A stretch of 64,000 nucleotides of DNA from Dimorphilus gyrociliatus (taxonomy: Eukaryota > Animalia > Annelida). The notes beneath the pieces were generated by a model. It made no database searches. It had not been told where the DNA came from and saw only the letters and a list, made by a program, of their open reading frames with translations. The DNA lies in contig CAJFCJ010000004.1 of the NCBI GenBank assembly GCA_904063045.1, forward strand, positions 1,357,713-1,421,712, written 5' to 3'. Each line of letters starts with the position of its first letter. Position 1 is the first letter of the stretch. Below, piece after piece: positions 14,087 through 25,943 of the stretch. A program made the translations under genes and the position numbers.

Positions 14087-17000
14087 AATCGTTCGTTTGG
14101 AAATTATCCAGTGACGGAACTAATTACGATGGTGGTAAAGATCTATCTTGCGGTAGAACATACACCAAACCTTGTAGAACTCTACAACAGGTTTTTGTTC
14201 TACTTGGGGAGAATGATACGATTGAATTAATGGACAGTGGTCCATTCGAGTTATGCGAGGACGAAGTATTATACGTGAACAATTTATGGATTCGAAGCGT
14301 TGTCAGATCCATAATTGGCTGCACACGAGAGTCCAATGCCACCATCAAGATTATTAAAGAATTAAAAAATGATACCTCTGATTTTGGGATACTGATGCTT
14401 AGTCGTGTTACTATTCAAAATTTAGCAATTTCAGCGATGAGCTTAAATTTTACAATTGACGAATGTAAGTTAATTGACTCTTCAATAAATATAGAATGGG
14501 ACGGCGGAATTCCAGGAAGAGATGTCAATATTAGAAGATCAAAATTTGTAGGTTCTGTGAGAAAAAGTGATAGAAAAGACTTGATAACCCCTACAAATAT
14601 AGCTATAATACAGAAAGTATATCGTGAGCTAACTTCTGATATGATATCTGCTGACCAATTTAGAATTAATATCGAAGATTCTTCATTTATTCACGCAAAA
14701 TTAAAAATTGAAGTGATCACTCCACCAATTATCCGTTTTATAAATCTTACGTTCGATAATGACCCAACAAAGTTGGCAATTATGAATTTTATCGAAATTA
14801 AATTACGATACGACACCATGAAGTCACCTTCCTCCTTCTATGGAGAAGGTTTAATAATCAAGAATCAATACCACGATAATCCAATGCAGGGTGTTATAAC
14901 CTTATGGGAAGCAGCACTAACGTATCGTCTTTTTTGTCGATGGGTAAAAAATTATACTTACCATCGTTTTACTTTAAAAGATTCTTTATTCGAAAATAAT
15001 GAAAGGGGAGTCGTAGTCAATGGGTGCATCAATAACACATTAATTGAAAATTGTAAATTTGTTCGCAATATTGCGATGCATGCTGGAGCCGGTTTTCTTG
15101 CACTTTTTGGACCAGAACGGTCAAGCAACTTACTATGGACTGGTAAAATATCTAATTCCGTCTTCTTACACAACAGAGCAGGGGATTTTAGACCGTTTCC
15201 CCGTACTTATGAGGATAATTTTAGGAAATTATCAGATGGCAGTCAAGTTGGGATTTACTCTGAGTTCGTTAAAGGTACAATTGTACTTGCTGGTAAAGCT
15301 GGAGCTATTCGGGTTCAAAGAGGCACTCTGTATGTAACCAGCTGCATATTTGTTAATAATTCGGCGCTCGTATTGGGTGGAACGCTCTTTGTAGATAGAT
15401 CCGGAGACTTGAAAATTAGTAATACAACTATAACGAATGTTTTCAATCGGGATCTACTTGTTCAAGGTGATACACTATATTCAAATGGAAACGTTAGTAT
15501 CGAAGGACTTGTTCTCAACATAACAAACGCACATAATGAGAAAACAATGCTTAGGCACAGTGGTAAACATTGGTCCATTGTCGTCTATGATATAAACATC
15601 ACTTGTCCATTGGGTCACCGATTAAGAGTCTTGAATAACTCCGCCTATAAAGTTAAAGCTGAAGTTGGCCTTTTAAGTAGCTATAAGCTCGATCAATTGT
15701 CCTACTATTGCGAATCTTGTCCTAGGCATAAATATGCTATTAGACAAGGAAAAATGTCATCTACCCTCGTGGCAGGTTCGTAAATTTTTCAGTAATGTTT
15801 CTTTAAGAATATAGATTAGTTAACGTTAGCCAAAATTATATAATAAAAGTAAAATAAGAGATGATTTGAAGGCTATTATTAATGTATTATTTTTTAATTA
15901 TCCTTCATTAATGCGTTATCTAAAACAATTAATAATATAGAAATTAACATTTCCTATATGCTTAATCAATTTTATAATTTTTTTATTCATATATTCAATA
16001 ATATTACAAAAGAATTAGTACAAAGTTCGTTTGTTATATCAATATGACAAGAGATGGTTACTAGATTAACTAACGAGAATCATGGGGGGATTGGATTGAT
16101 TCGAAATGAGCTTTAAAATAGATTTCCAACGTAATTTCTTGACGAAGTGTAATAATAGAGAAAAATTCTAATTTTTTCTACTAAATATCATTCGGAATAA
16201 GTGTAAAGGGCAAGGAGAAGAGAGAATAATTTATCACAAGATTTTATAAGGAGTATTTGGTTTCCTTTAAAATACGCAGCATTTCCTCTCTTTTACTTCT
16301 TCCTTTTACAAATTATCTCGATTTCATGGATTGCTACACTCTAATACGTGAAATCCTTCAATTAACGTTTAAATATGGTAGAATACGTCAAGATAGTCGC
16401 AAAATCGGATTCTTTCTTTGGTTTTTTTTATTCTCTGTAAAAAAAGAGACTCTAGGAAATTAGGATTTAGATTAACTCAAAATCTCTCGTTTTAGTATAT
16501 TTACTATTTCTAGATTAGAAAAAAACAAAGGATTATCAATAAATTAAATTATGATTTTGCTTTACTTCAAATAGAGTCAACTGATTTATTTTTTTATACT
16601 CTCATGATCAATGGGGATTCTGCCAATCGTCGCTTTACTGGAAGTTATAAATATGATGACATAGAGTGTCTGCAATGTCCGTATGGGGCTCAATGTTCTC
16701 AAGGGGCACCGGAAGCGCAGCCAAATTTTTGGGGTTACAGTTATCGCTCTGGCATAAAATTTCAATTGTGTCCAAATGGTTATTGCTGCGCTGATGTGAA
16801 GTGCTCGAAATTTGACGCTTGTGCACATCTGAGAAGAGGACGATTATGTGGGAGGTGTATGGAAAATTATACAGAAGCACTTTTCTCACCTATTTGCGTT
16901 CGTAATGAAACTTGTGGCCCTCTATGGATTTGGTTCTTTCTACCCGTTTACGGAATACTATTTGTTTTATTCTTGCTTTATCAGAAAGACATCAGGGATT

Positions 17001-18572
17001 TTATTTTTAGCGTTCCACCGCCCAATACTCTAGTTGAGGTTCCTAAAACAAATGGGACTGCAGCGATCGAAGATGAATCAGCGTTAGAGAGATTAAAAAA
17101 TGATAAGACAGATAAAGAAAGGGACAGTGATGCAGAAGACAACGAAATTGAAGTTCAAGTCCAAACTAAAGTTAGCCAAGAGCCTCCTCCTGATATAGGA
17201 GCAACCTTCCTTATCATAGTTTTGTACTTTTTTCAAGACGCAAAATTACTATATGTTCATACAGTTGATAACGCTGACGCTAATCCCATCTATTTAATGC
17301 TCAAGCATATTTTTATAGGACTGCTCCAATTTCGAATGAACGAGTTAGCGACGGTGTCTAATTTGAATAGAGTGTGCTTGTTACCGGGACTACAGCCTGT
17401 ATATAAGCAACTAGTTCAAGCAGTTGTTGTTCCTTTTGTTATATCTCTATTTCTTACTCTCTTCATAATATGTAGATGCATAAATAAATCATCGCTTTTC
17501 TTAACGAGATTATCTACAGGTACAGATTCATAAGGTTTATTTTAAAGCATTTAAATCGTCTTATTTCATTACCAAACAGGATTCATGCTTACCTTGCTGT
17601 TCACTTACCAACAACTAGCAACGACTGCTTTCAAATTATTGAATTGCGTAACTGTTGGAGATCAATTAGTTTTATTTTTGGATGGCGAAGAATTGTGCTA
17701 TAGACCTTGGCAATACGGGGTTCTTGCCTACGCAATTTGTTGTATTGTGCCTTTTTGCTTGGTTTTACTGTTGGGTCCTGGTCTGTTAAGAGATGGAAGA
17801 GTATCGTTGCCTTCTTTCTTTTGTGCGTGTCTTTTTCCCCTACCTTTCCTGGGTTATTGGTTGTTCCTCCGGACGAGACAGAAACCTGTCAATGTTCCTA
17901 CAATGTCCAATCCAACAAGAGCTGTGTATAACGTACTACAAAGGCCTTACAAATCAACCGATCAATTAACCTTCGGTCCCTATTGCTGGGCAGGTAATAA
18001 TCAAGCAAGATAATATGCAATATATTTATATATAAAAATATATATATTATATACAGCATATACTGTATATATATATTGGAATAACTTATTAAAAAGGACA
18101 TTATATTTTCCTTACAGGTGTATTAATAGCTAGAAGATTAGTACTGGTTCTGCTGTACACGTTTACAAATAGTCCTTTACTTAGAATTCTCTGCATGATG
18201 GTTGCACTCTTTCTTATCTTGATTCATCATCAACACGTTAAGCCGTATCGAGATAGGAGAGGAAACGTTGCAGACACAGCATCAGTTTCATCTCTCCTAC
18301 TTATAGCTGGTATAAACTTAGTAAGGGCAACATTTCAGAGTGCTGAATACGTTCCCCATGGTCCCAATGTTACGCTTATGACTATTCTGAAAGCTCTTGA
18401 AAGTCTACTAACATTATGGGTTCCTGTTTTGTTTGGTACCATTGTTTTAGTAGTACTCTTTGGGAAATTGTGCGTTAAATTTATAGTCAGAAAAATTTTT
18501 ACAAAGAAAAGCCTTAAACAACCGGAAAGAAGTAATGAAAATGTTTGTTTGAATAAGGTTACTAGTTTATAA
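14087..18572 (+). CDS. Parallel beta-helix (pectin-lyase-like/PMP-repeat) ectodomain + Cys-rich linker + multi-pass (about 7) TM receptor-like protein; exons 14087-15775, 16575-17519, 17580-17993, 18118-18572
   Basis: All three junctions are GT-AG, phase 1 and in frame. N-terminal SCGRTYTKPCRTLQ motif; F..N.A and GGAI-like repeats (FVRNIAMHAGAG, AGAIRV, FVNNSALVLGGTL); CLQCPYGAQC...CPNGYCC...GRLCGRCMENY Cys-rich region; TM block with VLIARRLVL...HVKPYRDRRGN. Confidence 0.85.
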
Positions 18573-19451
18573 TAACTGAATTATAACAATGCCAAAAGAA
18601 CATGAACGAAATTTAAAAAAAGGTTTTTTAATTGAAACACATTGTATTCATCATCGTTTTCGTAAGAAAAACTCTGAAAAAAGGAAATTTTGTAATAAGA
18701 AAATAGAAGAAATTATTTTACAAAAATCAGAAAACAATTTAGAAATCGGAAAAAGTTAACTTTTCTTAATTGTGTAAAAGAAAACATAGACTGTAAGGAG
18801 GAAATGAAGAAAAGAAGAAGAAGAATATGGCGTTTATTATAATAATGGTATAAATCTACAAAACACATAAAAAATGAACGAGAATCAAGTAAATAAAGAA
18901 GATTAAATCTATTATCCAATATCTAATATAAAAATTTTAAGAGGTTAATTATTCATTTCTTTAATCAATTTTGTTGATGTTTTAAAAATCAAAAGAGAAA
19001 TTTTATATTCAATAATTAATAAATAAAAATTTAACAATCTTTAAGAACAAACCAATTACGTAATAAATCAATTTTTACTTTTATTCCTTAAGTTAAAGCT
19101 TAAATTTTATTTAAATATTTTTTAACTAATAATTTATTTTCCTATTAACATTTAAATATGATGAAAATCTAATAAATTTGATCTAATATTATTTTATTTT
19201 TACAAATCAGTGAAAATGTCAATTAATTAATAAAACTGTCTTTGAAAGTAATCAATCGTTCTATTCATTGTAATACATATATTTTTATTTAGTGAAAAGA
19301 GTTTACAAAAGATTTATGTTAAAAATAACATTTAGTTGTTTCTTGCACTCACTAATTTAATTTCCCTCCCTTAGCTTTTTTATGTTTCTCTTTCTCTCAT
19401 CTCATTCCCTCTCTTATTCACACTCCCTGTGTCTGTCTGTGTCTTTCTAAC

Positions 19452-19458
<7 letters not shown>

Positions 19459-19485
<27 letters not shown>
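19459..19485. repeat. (CT)n microsatellite
   Basis: Direct read of the sequence. Confidence 0.9.
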
Positions 19486-19488
<3 letters not shown>

Positions 19489-21486
19489 TTCTCTATCGCT
19501 TTCTATATTTCTCTTTCTCTGTATATCTTCCAGTAATCCATCAACATATTTTTATCAACTTATATGTTACTCAATACTCTTTACTATCATTTTTCCCATT
19601 CAGTTAAGCTATTCGGGATACATATGCTAGTATATATTAAAAGAAGAAGATTATATATATGTACTATGTTGTATACTGTATATTATACTAGAAGAGGACA
19701 CAAACCAAATGAAAGTAGTTAGTTTACTTAATAAATTGTCAAAATTGAGTGTATGATCTGATTTTACTAACCTTTTTGTTAATAATGTTATTAAATTTAT
19801 TACCTTCTTTCCTTTTTTTGTATAGTCAGTAAATAGTATTTTATATAAATCTGGTGTGTTTATTTTGTCTTCATTTTATATGATTGTTAAAAATATATAG
19901 CTATTGAATAAAAATCTAGAATTTTATCATATTGCAGTATGTAGCGTTGCTTAAATAATATAAACTGTTATAGAGTATATACTCTATATATATATTATAT
20001 TAATATAGAGATATATATATGAATAAGAGATATTAAGCAAAATATGACCATCCTCTTTAGAAAGCATATTTATTTATGTCCCACTATTTCTATTTCATTT
20101 ACTTTTCCCAAATTTATTATATTGTATATCATATCGTTTTTCCCTGTAGGCTAAAAAAATGCATTAATTTTTTACGTAAAAATGATATCGGTAAATTGAT
20201 ATTAAGTAATGAAAACTCTACATTTAAAAAGTCTTCAATATATAATAAACATATCAATCTTTTCCTAAAAATATATGATAATTAATTTATCTATTTGAAA
20301 TTCACTCCAGGGAATAGAATATACTTGTCTTTAATTTACTTTACTCTTCTTAGGGTTATAGTGAATCTTACAGGAAAATATTAATTGTAAGAAATATTAT
20401 GGCAGTAGAGAAAAAAAAGGCGATGAAATCTGAAACTGACATACTTGTTTTAGATCTTGAAGAAAATCAGTTAAGACGAATCCTACTACATTTCAGTCCA
20501 ATTATACTCTAGCGATTCCTTTAAGCTATAAAAATCTCTCCAGATCCTTTATTGTAAATACAGTATTGCCATGAAGTCTTCATCTACTCATGGATAATGG
20601 AATTTACTGATAACAGTCTTGAATATTTTGAGCTTCTTTAGCAGTCCATAGGGTATTATCTATGGACATTAATGGTTCTTTGCTTGTCTCATCAGCTAAC
20701 GTGCATCCTATTGAAGAAGGTAAATTATGAGTCAGAGTCTATATAATAACAATAAGAAAAATTGCTAGTTTTTATTTAATAAAACATATGAATTAAATCT
20801 CATAGGAAAGTTTTACGTGTGTACAGTGTGTTTTGATAGATTTTTGATATCCATTTCGGTAGATTATACAAGAGATATATAGAGAGAAAGAGAGAGAGAG
20901 ATAGAGAGAGATGTGTGTCCAAAACATTTCAGATAGATAGTAAGAATATCTAATCATCTTGTTTTTTTATTCTATTCTAGTTGTAAACAGTATTTGTAAA
21001 TGTAATGTTATAGTTTGATGAGAAGATTTCTTTCTGTATCCAAGGAAACTTAAACACAATCTCTTGCATCCTAGACAATCTCAATTATTTTACTCATATT
21101 TTTTAATAGATAATATAATATCAGTAATAGAAATTACTCGAGGTATGAAAGCCTTCCAGTAAACTAAATATTTCTCTTTTATTATCATAACAAGAAAAAT
21201 ACTAAAACGATCGATAATGAGGTTAAACAAAAAAATATACTACTGTTAAAACAATTATCTTTATTTGGGGTTAGCTATAAATGATATCCAATATGCTACT
21301 ATTTATGAAATCAATACCTATATCAGCTATTAATTGATGTGAACTGAATATAAAAATACAATACTTAAGCGACTGTTTACAAGTTAATAATATAAAATTA
21401 TTTATACGCTATATACATTTATAATTCCATAATCTGGATTAATAAATACAGTCGTAGTGCCAATCTTGCCTATTAGTTACTCTTCT

Positions 21487-21488
<2 letters not shown>

Positions 21489-21520
<32 letters not shown>
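21489..21520. repeat. (CT)16 microsatellite
   Basis: Direct read of the sequence. Confidence 0.95.
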
Positions 21521-21523
<3 letters not shown>

Positions 21524-22556
21524 CGTTTTTTAGAAAAGAGTAAACTAGCAGGATTAGTGTAAGTTATTGAAAGATCTCCTAATTTAATAGTATAGAATGC
21601 CTCCCTCTATCAGATAATTTTTTCGAAAATAAAATATATTTTGACGTTTTGACAACTGAACAAACTATTTTTATTTATTAAATTAACGATATTTCAAAAT
21701 ACATAATAAAGAAAATGGTACATTTTATAGGCCTATTTTTTTAACATTAATACAATTTTTTTCAACTGAAAACAGTCGAAGGAAAGAAAATTGGGAAAAA
21801 GAATAGAAGAATAATACGTTTCTTTTTCCGTATTCTCGTCTTAAACTCCTGTTAAGGATTGTTGTGTTTAACGGCTCACCGATTAACATTAATATTGTCT
21901 CTAGAAAAATCTTTAGCCGTCTTTCTTTCGTCCCCCTCCTTTTTCAACAGTCTTATTTTAGTCAAGTCAGATATAAGCTTATCATTAATTCTAATAGTAT
22001 GATGAATATTATTATTTCTTAGAAGTAAGATTAAAGGTTTTACTGATTTCCTTTTATATAGACTATTTAATTCGTTCTATTTAAGTAAAAAGAATACGAC
22101 TAAAAGTAGAAATAAATGAAATGTGGAATCTTTTTTTTTTGTTATACAAAGTTTAAAAAGTTCATATAGGCTAAATGATCAATTGTTTACCACAGTTCCG
22201 CAACTCAACCACATATTCTCTACAAATGTAATAGTCTAAATAAGAATCTGTACTCGATAAATAGTACTCAATCTGATAATTTTTTAAGCCATTCCACGTT
22301 AGTATCTGCTGCAGGAAAATGTTTTTCAAGTAAAGTCTTCTTTAAACATTTAATTTAAAAGGTTATTTTATAGACTAGTCTTGACCAAAGGTAGGATTTC
22401 TTAAGAGTACTACTAACCTATTTATAAGACAAAATATAAATATATACATATATATATATATATATATATTTATATATCTTTATATATGTGTGTGCATAAC
22501 CTCTAGTATAATAATATAAATGAATAAACTATATTTATTCTAGCAATTAGCGAAAG

Positions 22557-25500
22557 ATGTTTGGCTGGAAACTTCTAGTAATAACCTTAATTGTTACAAT
22601 TGTTGTCTGTAATGCTTCCGCGAAGAATGTTACCAAAAATACTAAAAAAGTAAATAATAAGGATAAAAAGATTTTGGAGAGCAAATCATCGAAAATAACT
22701 GTTAAACCCAAACAAAAAAAATTACCTGTAAAAGTAACAAAAAGCCCAAAGCCAATAAAAAATAACTTAAATAAAAATTCAACAAAACATAAAAATAAGC
22801 AAATTGGAAATAATTTAAAATTATCCAAGCAGAAACCAAATCATCCACAGCTTTTATTTGACCGCAATCACTTAAAAGCTTTAAGGAATGGATGGAATAA
22901 GACTTCACCCTTTATAAAGCAACAGATTATGCGTGTTGTTGAAAGAGACATAAAGTTTCCTCTAACGGATTTAAATGAAACCTTCATAACGAAACATGGA
23001 TTCATACTTGGATCAAATTTACCACTGTACACTATATACTGCGAAATTCATCAAAATAAAACCTGTAAGGAAAATCTATTGGAAATGATGGATTTTGTTG
23101 TCAAGTTGAAAACTTGGAAGGATGAAAGGTTTATGAGCGATAAAACGTTATCGACTATGATATCAGGTTTTACGATATCAATCGATATAATTATGGATTC
23201 TTTACCATCTTGGAGAATATCAAAATACACAAAAAAGTTGGAACTAGAAGCTCAAAGGTTATATGCAGATTCTAGATCTTTGTGGTGGGGCTCGAATCCT
23301 CTGCATGAAATTAGCGTAAATAATCATATGGCCCTCTTTCTTGTTGGTTTATTTGGTAAAATACAAAAAAACAATAATTCCTCTCTGTGGATAGTTTCCG
23401 GTGGACGTTTTCTCGATCGTGTTCTGCACATAGCTAATGGGGTCACCGACGGCTCACTACCTATATCCTTATTAGATAGTCAGAAAGCAAGCTTGCCCCT
23501 GATGATTTATATTCACCTGACAGAACGTCACTACCAAATACCTGCAGCTGCCCAAAGTTGGATATATTCCCATTTAGTCTTTACGCTTCACGAAATTTTA
23601 CCACTTTTCTCCATTCCTGATTCAGTTGTTGATCAACACCCCCGTTGGTGTTACGGACCAGAAGCACAATTAGCTTTTCTTGATCGCTTCGCGGCAGCTG
23701 ATGGCAGAGCTTCATGGATTTTGAATAAAATCCTTGTAAATAATGCATACAAAGATATAATCTCCGTAAGAAAGTCGTGGAAAGTTACACCTAGTCTATT
23801 TTATTATTTAATTTGGAAAGCCGATGGTATAAAACCCACTAGACCTCGCCTCACTGCAGGCTTATTTCACCTCCCAGATTCAGGTTTATTGAGGTATAGA
23901 GATACTAACTGGGACTTATTTCTCAGAGCTTCAAGACCCTATGGGCCTACAGTTCAAGATGCTCTAGAAAAATCTACATTAGATTTCAGTTATACAAATT
24001 TAACTTCTCTTGATGAACCCCCTTATCAGGGCGGATTTAATTTAATTATTCGAGGAATTCCTGTTTTCACTGCCTTTCAAGGAAGTGTTTTTACTGACCT
24101 ACAGAATTCAATTAGTTTTCTTGTTAGAAACTCAGACGAAAATGGTTGCCTTAAACCATGGTTTGGACAACTTGGAGAATGTTCGGAAAGACGCTCCTTA
24201 TTTTCGAAATCAGATGTTATAGCTGCTACAAGAACGATAAAGGAATTGACGCTTTTGGCAGTAGACATAGCTGACGCTTATCCATCCTTTCTAAAATTAA
24301 ATAGCGTTCAGAGAAGAGTCCTCGTTTTAGGATCCGAAATGCTGATCATTGTTGACCATATTCACGCACACAGTGACACTCCTATAAGATTAATGTCCTC
24401 TAGTTTTGCTAATATGTACTTTTCATGGGAGGAGGGTAAAAGTTTACCAGGTTTTCCCGTCAACTTTCTAAACACTCCTGACGGTAAAATACAAGTACAA
24501 GTTACGTCCCTCAGCTCTACAAGCAAACGAGTAAAAACGGAGATTGTCAATACCACTGTAATTGAGAAGAGCGGAGGAAAGATTGATGTAAGCCTTCTAA
24601 ATGTCACCTTTGCACTAGATGATAGTTTAAGTACAATCGTTTATATAATTGGTGCACCAAATGTTCAAGTTATATCAAATAGAATGGGTATGTCTAATAG
24701 AAGAGATTCATTCTTTGTTCATTTACAATCTGATAAGCAGGCAGGATTATTTCTTATATTTTATTATACTTTAATTAAAATATTAAACTCAATTTTGCAG
24801 TATCAAATTAGAAAATATACTGTAGATTTTTCACTTTTTATTAGTAATAATTATCTTAAAATCTAATTTAAGAGCTATTTATCTTTTAATCATTATCAAT
24901 TTATTAAGGATCTCTCGTTAATCTTATTTTTTTCCAAGTAAAATAAATTTATGGCGATTTATAAGAGGAAATCCTGCCTTCAAATAGGAATACGAAGTTA
25001 TTATGAGATACGCCGATAGGAACATTTGCGAAATTAACGATTTAAAAACGAATGATACAGTATCGTTTGAAGCTTTTAAATCGGTTAAAAAAAGAAAGAT
25101 AATGGACCTAAAGAGGATTGGAGCCCGTTCAAGTCCTTTTTTTAAAAGAGTTAGAAATGCAAAAGAGTTTGGAAAAAAGTTTAGAAAATATTCACCATTG
25201 ACAAAAGATTTCGAATCAGATGGATTTGCCGACATAGATCATATTGTTGAAAAGGATTTGATAAAGAAAGCTACTCCAACAAAACCCTCTACCACACCCA
25301 TTACAACCACTGTTCCGGGAACAACTACTCAATTTACTGACTGGAATATGAAAGGATTAAACTCTATTGAAAGAGATATCTTCCTACGAATTCACTCTAG
25401 AAAGATTGCCAGTAACGAAGAAGTAAAACAGCAACGACACGAAGTAAATTACAATAAATTGCCGAATTTATCAACACATCCCACAGTAGCATTTACAGTT

Positions 25501-25599
25501 ATTGTTATACTTTCATTTATTCTTGCTATAATCATCTTTAAAATATTTATATTCAGGTTTTTTCGTAGATTTCTGAGATTTATTTTTGTTCGATCGTAA
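22557..25599 (+). CDS. Dermatan-sulfate epimerase (DSE/DSEL)-like protein with signal peptide and C-terminal TM; exons 22557-24740 and 24988-25599 (predicted GC-AG intron)
   Basis: Motifs resemble human DSE as recalled: VTDGSL, ERHY, WCYGPEAQLAFLDRF (DSE WFYGPESQLVFLDKF), CLKPWFGQLGEC (CFSPWVGQVTEDC), AYPSFLKLNSVQRRVLVLGSEMLIIVDHIH ([30 protein letters not shown]). TM segment TVAFTVIVILSFILAIIIFKIFIF. Confidence 0.85.
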
Positions 25600-25943
25600 A
25601 TGTTTTAAATACATAAAATGTCTATTAAATCTATTTATTAACAAAGACAAAGAAAAACATTATATTCTATTATCGCTCTTTCAAAGAAAAATATTAGGAA
25701 ATATTTATATTATTATGAACAAACTAACTTTTTTTTTTGATAAGTTCCTTAGTTTTCTACTATTTAAAGTCTTTTGCAGGCCTAACTATTTTTTTTATAT
25801 AACTTCTGCTATTTCTTTCGTCTGTTAATTCTCATTTCGTAGATTTCTTTAAAATGTTTATTATATATAACATAACATTAGTAACAATCATTATTGTACA
25901 TTGGTTTAAATATATAAAATATCTATAACTGAATGTCAGTAAA

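Noticed and set aside
20560-20720. Coding-like patch (- strand ...TLADETSKEPLMSIDNTLWTAKEAQNIQDCYQ*; + strand MDINGSLLVSSANVHPIEE|gt)
   Set aside because: Both strands are equally plausible, no partner exons were found and there is no homology I recognise.
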